NCBI GenBank assembly: GCA_043228905.1
Contig: JBHGNT010001301.1
Coordinates: forward strand, 1 to 10,110
Reading direction: 5' to 3'
From: Azolla caroliniana
Lineage: Eukaryota > Plantae > Polypodiophyta
Length of the DNA stretch: 10,110 nucleotides
Part shown: positions 8,632-10,110 of the stretch, one piece after another
How the letters are laid out: each line of letters begins with the position of its first letter
How positions within the stretch are numbered: position 1 is the stretch's first letter
The notes under the pieces: generated by a model
The model's input: only the letters and a program-made list of their open reading frames with translations
Told to the model about the DNA's origin: nothing
The model's database searches: none
Translations under genes and position numbers: made by a program

Positions 8632-9682
8632 CTATGAGAGAAAAAGAATAATGTATACATGTTAGACGACACATTGCATAGCCTAGACCAAGCCAAGAAA
8701 GAGGTTGTATAACCCTAGGGGAGCCTAGAGAGACATAGAGAGGGATATACTTTGACAACATTGCAAATGCCGCGAGTGCTCGTGCTGCCACTAAAGTAAG
8801 GGTAGTCGGCCTCAGAGGCAATGCCTCCATTGTTGATGACCCACTGTAAAGCATAATATTTGTAGCCACCGTTGCAACCATACGAGTACTTGGTCTCGCA
8901 ACTAACGACCTCTTGTTCGGAGAGGCGGAAGAGTTTACCCGTCCTGATCGCATACGCGCTCTCTATTGTGGCCACACTGCTGAATGCCCAACAACTTCCT
9001 GTATAATTGAGGGTACATAACACTTAGCGTTAGGGTCTATCTAGCTTTGATGCATCGACGAAGCTTGGAGTTTATGATATGGATTAACCTAGAACCCAAT
9101 TGGACTTGTTGTGTGTAGTGTATGTGTGTGTGCACCCATGAATGAGATAGATAGATAGATAGATAGATAGATAAAGATTTCATTACCACATTGTCCTTGA
9201 TCTTTGATTGGAGTAACGACGGCTCGCGATCGCCAATCAAAATTTGTAGGGAGCGAGGCAGGATTGCAGAATGTAGCACTGTCCGGCGCCTGCTGATTAG
9301 TGGAGGTCTTGTTGGAGGTCTTGTTATCGCCGGGTGTTTTGCCATCGGACCCCTCCCGCCCAATGAGGAAGGTTGCGACCGCCTCGTCGAAGCTCAGATC
9401 GGCAAAGTGGTTGAGCCCGAGCAAGAAGGAAGAAGAAGAAGAGATGTTGTTGTGGCTCATCATGTATAGAAGATTATCCTTGAATCTCTTGAATCTCTTG
9501 AGCTTTCGGATGGGGTCCGATCCGTAAACTTTGTCCTTACCGAATTTCTTCATCCATTTCTCGAACTCATTCAAAACCTTGGCATCATTCCATGCATTAT
9601 CATTGCCTTCGGCAGCATCTATCGCAGAAATGATCACAAGCACAAGGCTCACCATAGCTGCCAATCTCCAAATTAGTGCCAT
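8263..9682 (-). CDS. Papain-like cysteine protease (peptidase C1A) preproenzyme, 3 exons: complement(join(8263..8631,8751..8998,9187..9682)), 370 aa
   Basis: Signal peptide MALIWRLAAMVSLVLVIISAIDA; I29 propeptide (FEKWMKKFGK, ERFNIN-like, GLNHFADLS); mature start LPTNFDWR; QGQCGSCWAFS (oxyanion Gln, catalytic Cys); LSEQEVVSC; GCNGG; SNHVV (catalytic His); YWIVKNSWG (catalytic Asn); WGMNGY; GVCGINNYPIYPVV*. Both introns are GT-AG and splice in frame (496+248+369 = 1113 nt). Confidence 0.95.
8751..8998 (-). CDS. Cysteine protease exon 2 (GSCWAFS...GICNVVK)
   Basis: Acceptor TTATACAG|GA AGT TGT TGG; donor GTC AAA|GTATAT (phase 0). Intron 1 = 8999-9186 (188 nt). Confidence 0.92.
9145..9172. repeat. 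(AGAT)7 tetranucleotide microsatellite in protease intron 1
   Basis: Seven perfect AGAT units, with a short TG tract at about 9110-9132. Confidence 0.95.
9187..9682 (-). CDS. Cysteine protease exon 1 (signal peptide, I29 propeptide, start of mature domain)
   Basis: ATG at 9682-9680; ends ...CAA TGT G|GTAATG, a phase-1 donor at the position typical of plant papain genes (within QCG). Confidence 0.93.
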
Positions 9683-9684
9683 CT

Positions 9685-9716
9685 ATGTGTGTCTGTGGGT
9701 GTGTGTATGTGTATGT
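9685..9716. repeat. Imperfect (TG)/(CA) tract immediately upstream of the protease start codon (probable 5' UTR)
   Basis: ATGTGTGTCTGTGGGTGTGTGTATGTGTATGT directly abuts the ATG on the minus strand. Confidence 0.6.
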
Positions 9717-10110
9717 CTCTTATGGCTTACCTTGAATCATATACCCTTTTCCTCTCATTTACAAAGGAAATCACCTGATCATCAATGTCAACTAAATCAA
9801 TATCTAATTTGCAGGTCAATTCAACACTTCTTCGCTAGCATTCCCAAAAGTTAATCCAGGTATGGGCCTATCAACCAAGCATTTAGGGTGGCCCAACATA
9901 GTTATATTCCTTATCCCACCATACCTTCAAATTATATACTCCCTGAAGTTTGACATTAATCCCATATCGTATTAGATAATTGTAGTGCCAATATGTATGT
10001 TCATGGGGAAATATATGATCTATAATTCGCTTACCCACAACAAGAATTGGAAACCGGTAATTTTACCGGATACCTTGGTGCGTTTTTATAAATTCCTTGA
10101 AATATTGTCG

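Noticed and set aside
9683-9730. Apparent 5' UTR intron on the minus strand (AAG|GTAAGC...CATAG|ATG)
   Set aside because: Only 48 nt, below typical plant intron size, CA-rich rather than U-rich and without a pyrimidine tract; would need RNA evidence.
8308-9854. Overlapping alternative-frame and antisense ORFs (8308..8562, 8430..8696, 8445..8651, 8573..8953, 9037..9363, 9191..9469, 9300..9527, 9531..9854)
   Set aside because: Shadows of the GC-richer protease exons with no independent coding signal.
9862-9896. Site II-like TGGGCC motifs and a telo-box-like TAGGGT upstream of the protease (also isolated telomere-like hexamers in the introns)
   Set aside because: Short or imperfect motifs expected by chance; no array and no conservation evidence.

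Overview
AT-rich eukaryotic genomic DNA with GT-AG introns, microsatellites and class II transposons, most likely from a land plant. The species cannot be fixed from the sequence. Left half: a nested transposon cluster inside a TG/TATG-rich simple-repeat tract. It consists of a 226-bp CATAGT-ended MITE-like element (504-729), a 4.18-kb hAT DNA transposon (730-4912; imperfect ~31-bp TIRs, 8-bp TSD GTACTATG/ATACTATG) carrying a decayed, intron-containing transposase, and a 323-bp MITE (3829-4151, perfect 8-bp TSD CATTCATG) inserted in the last transposase exon. Middle: non-coding DNA with a 189-bp-period tandem repeat and a 98-bp-period duplication. Right: an apparently intact three-exon papain-family (C1A) cysteine protease gene on the minus strand (9682-8263, 370 aa). 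I see no support for a novel prokaryotic-type system such as CRISPR or a defence operon. The most interesting signals are the transposon nesting and end architecture and some atypical features of the protease.
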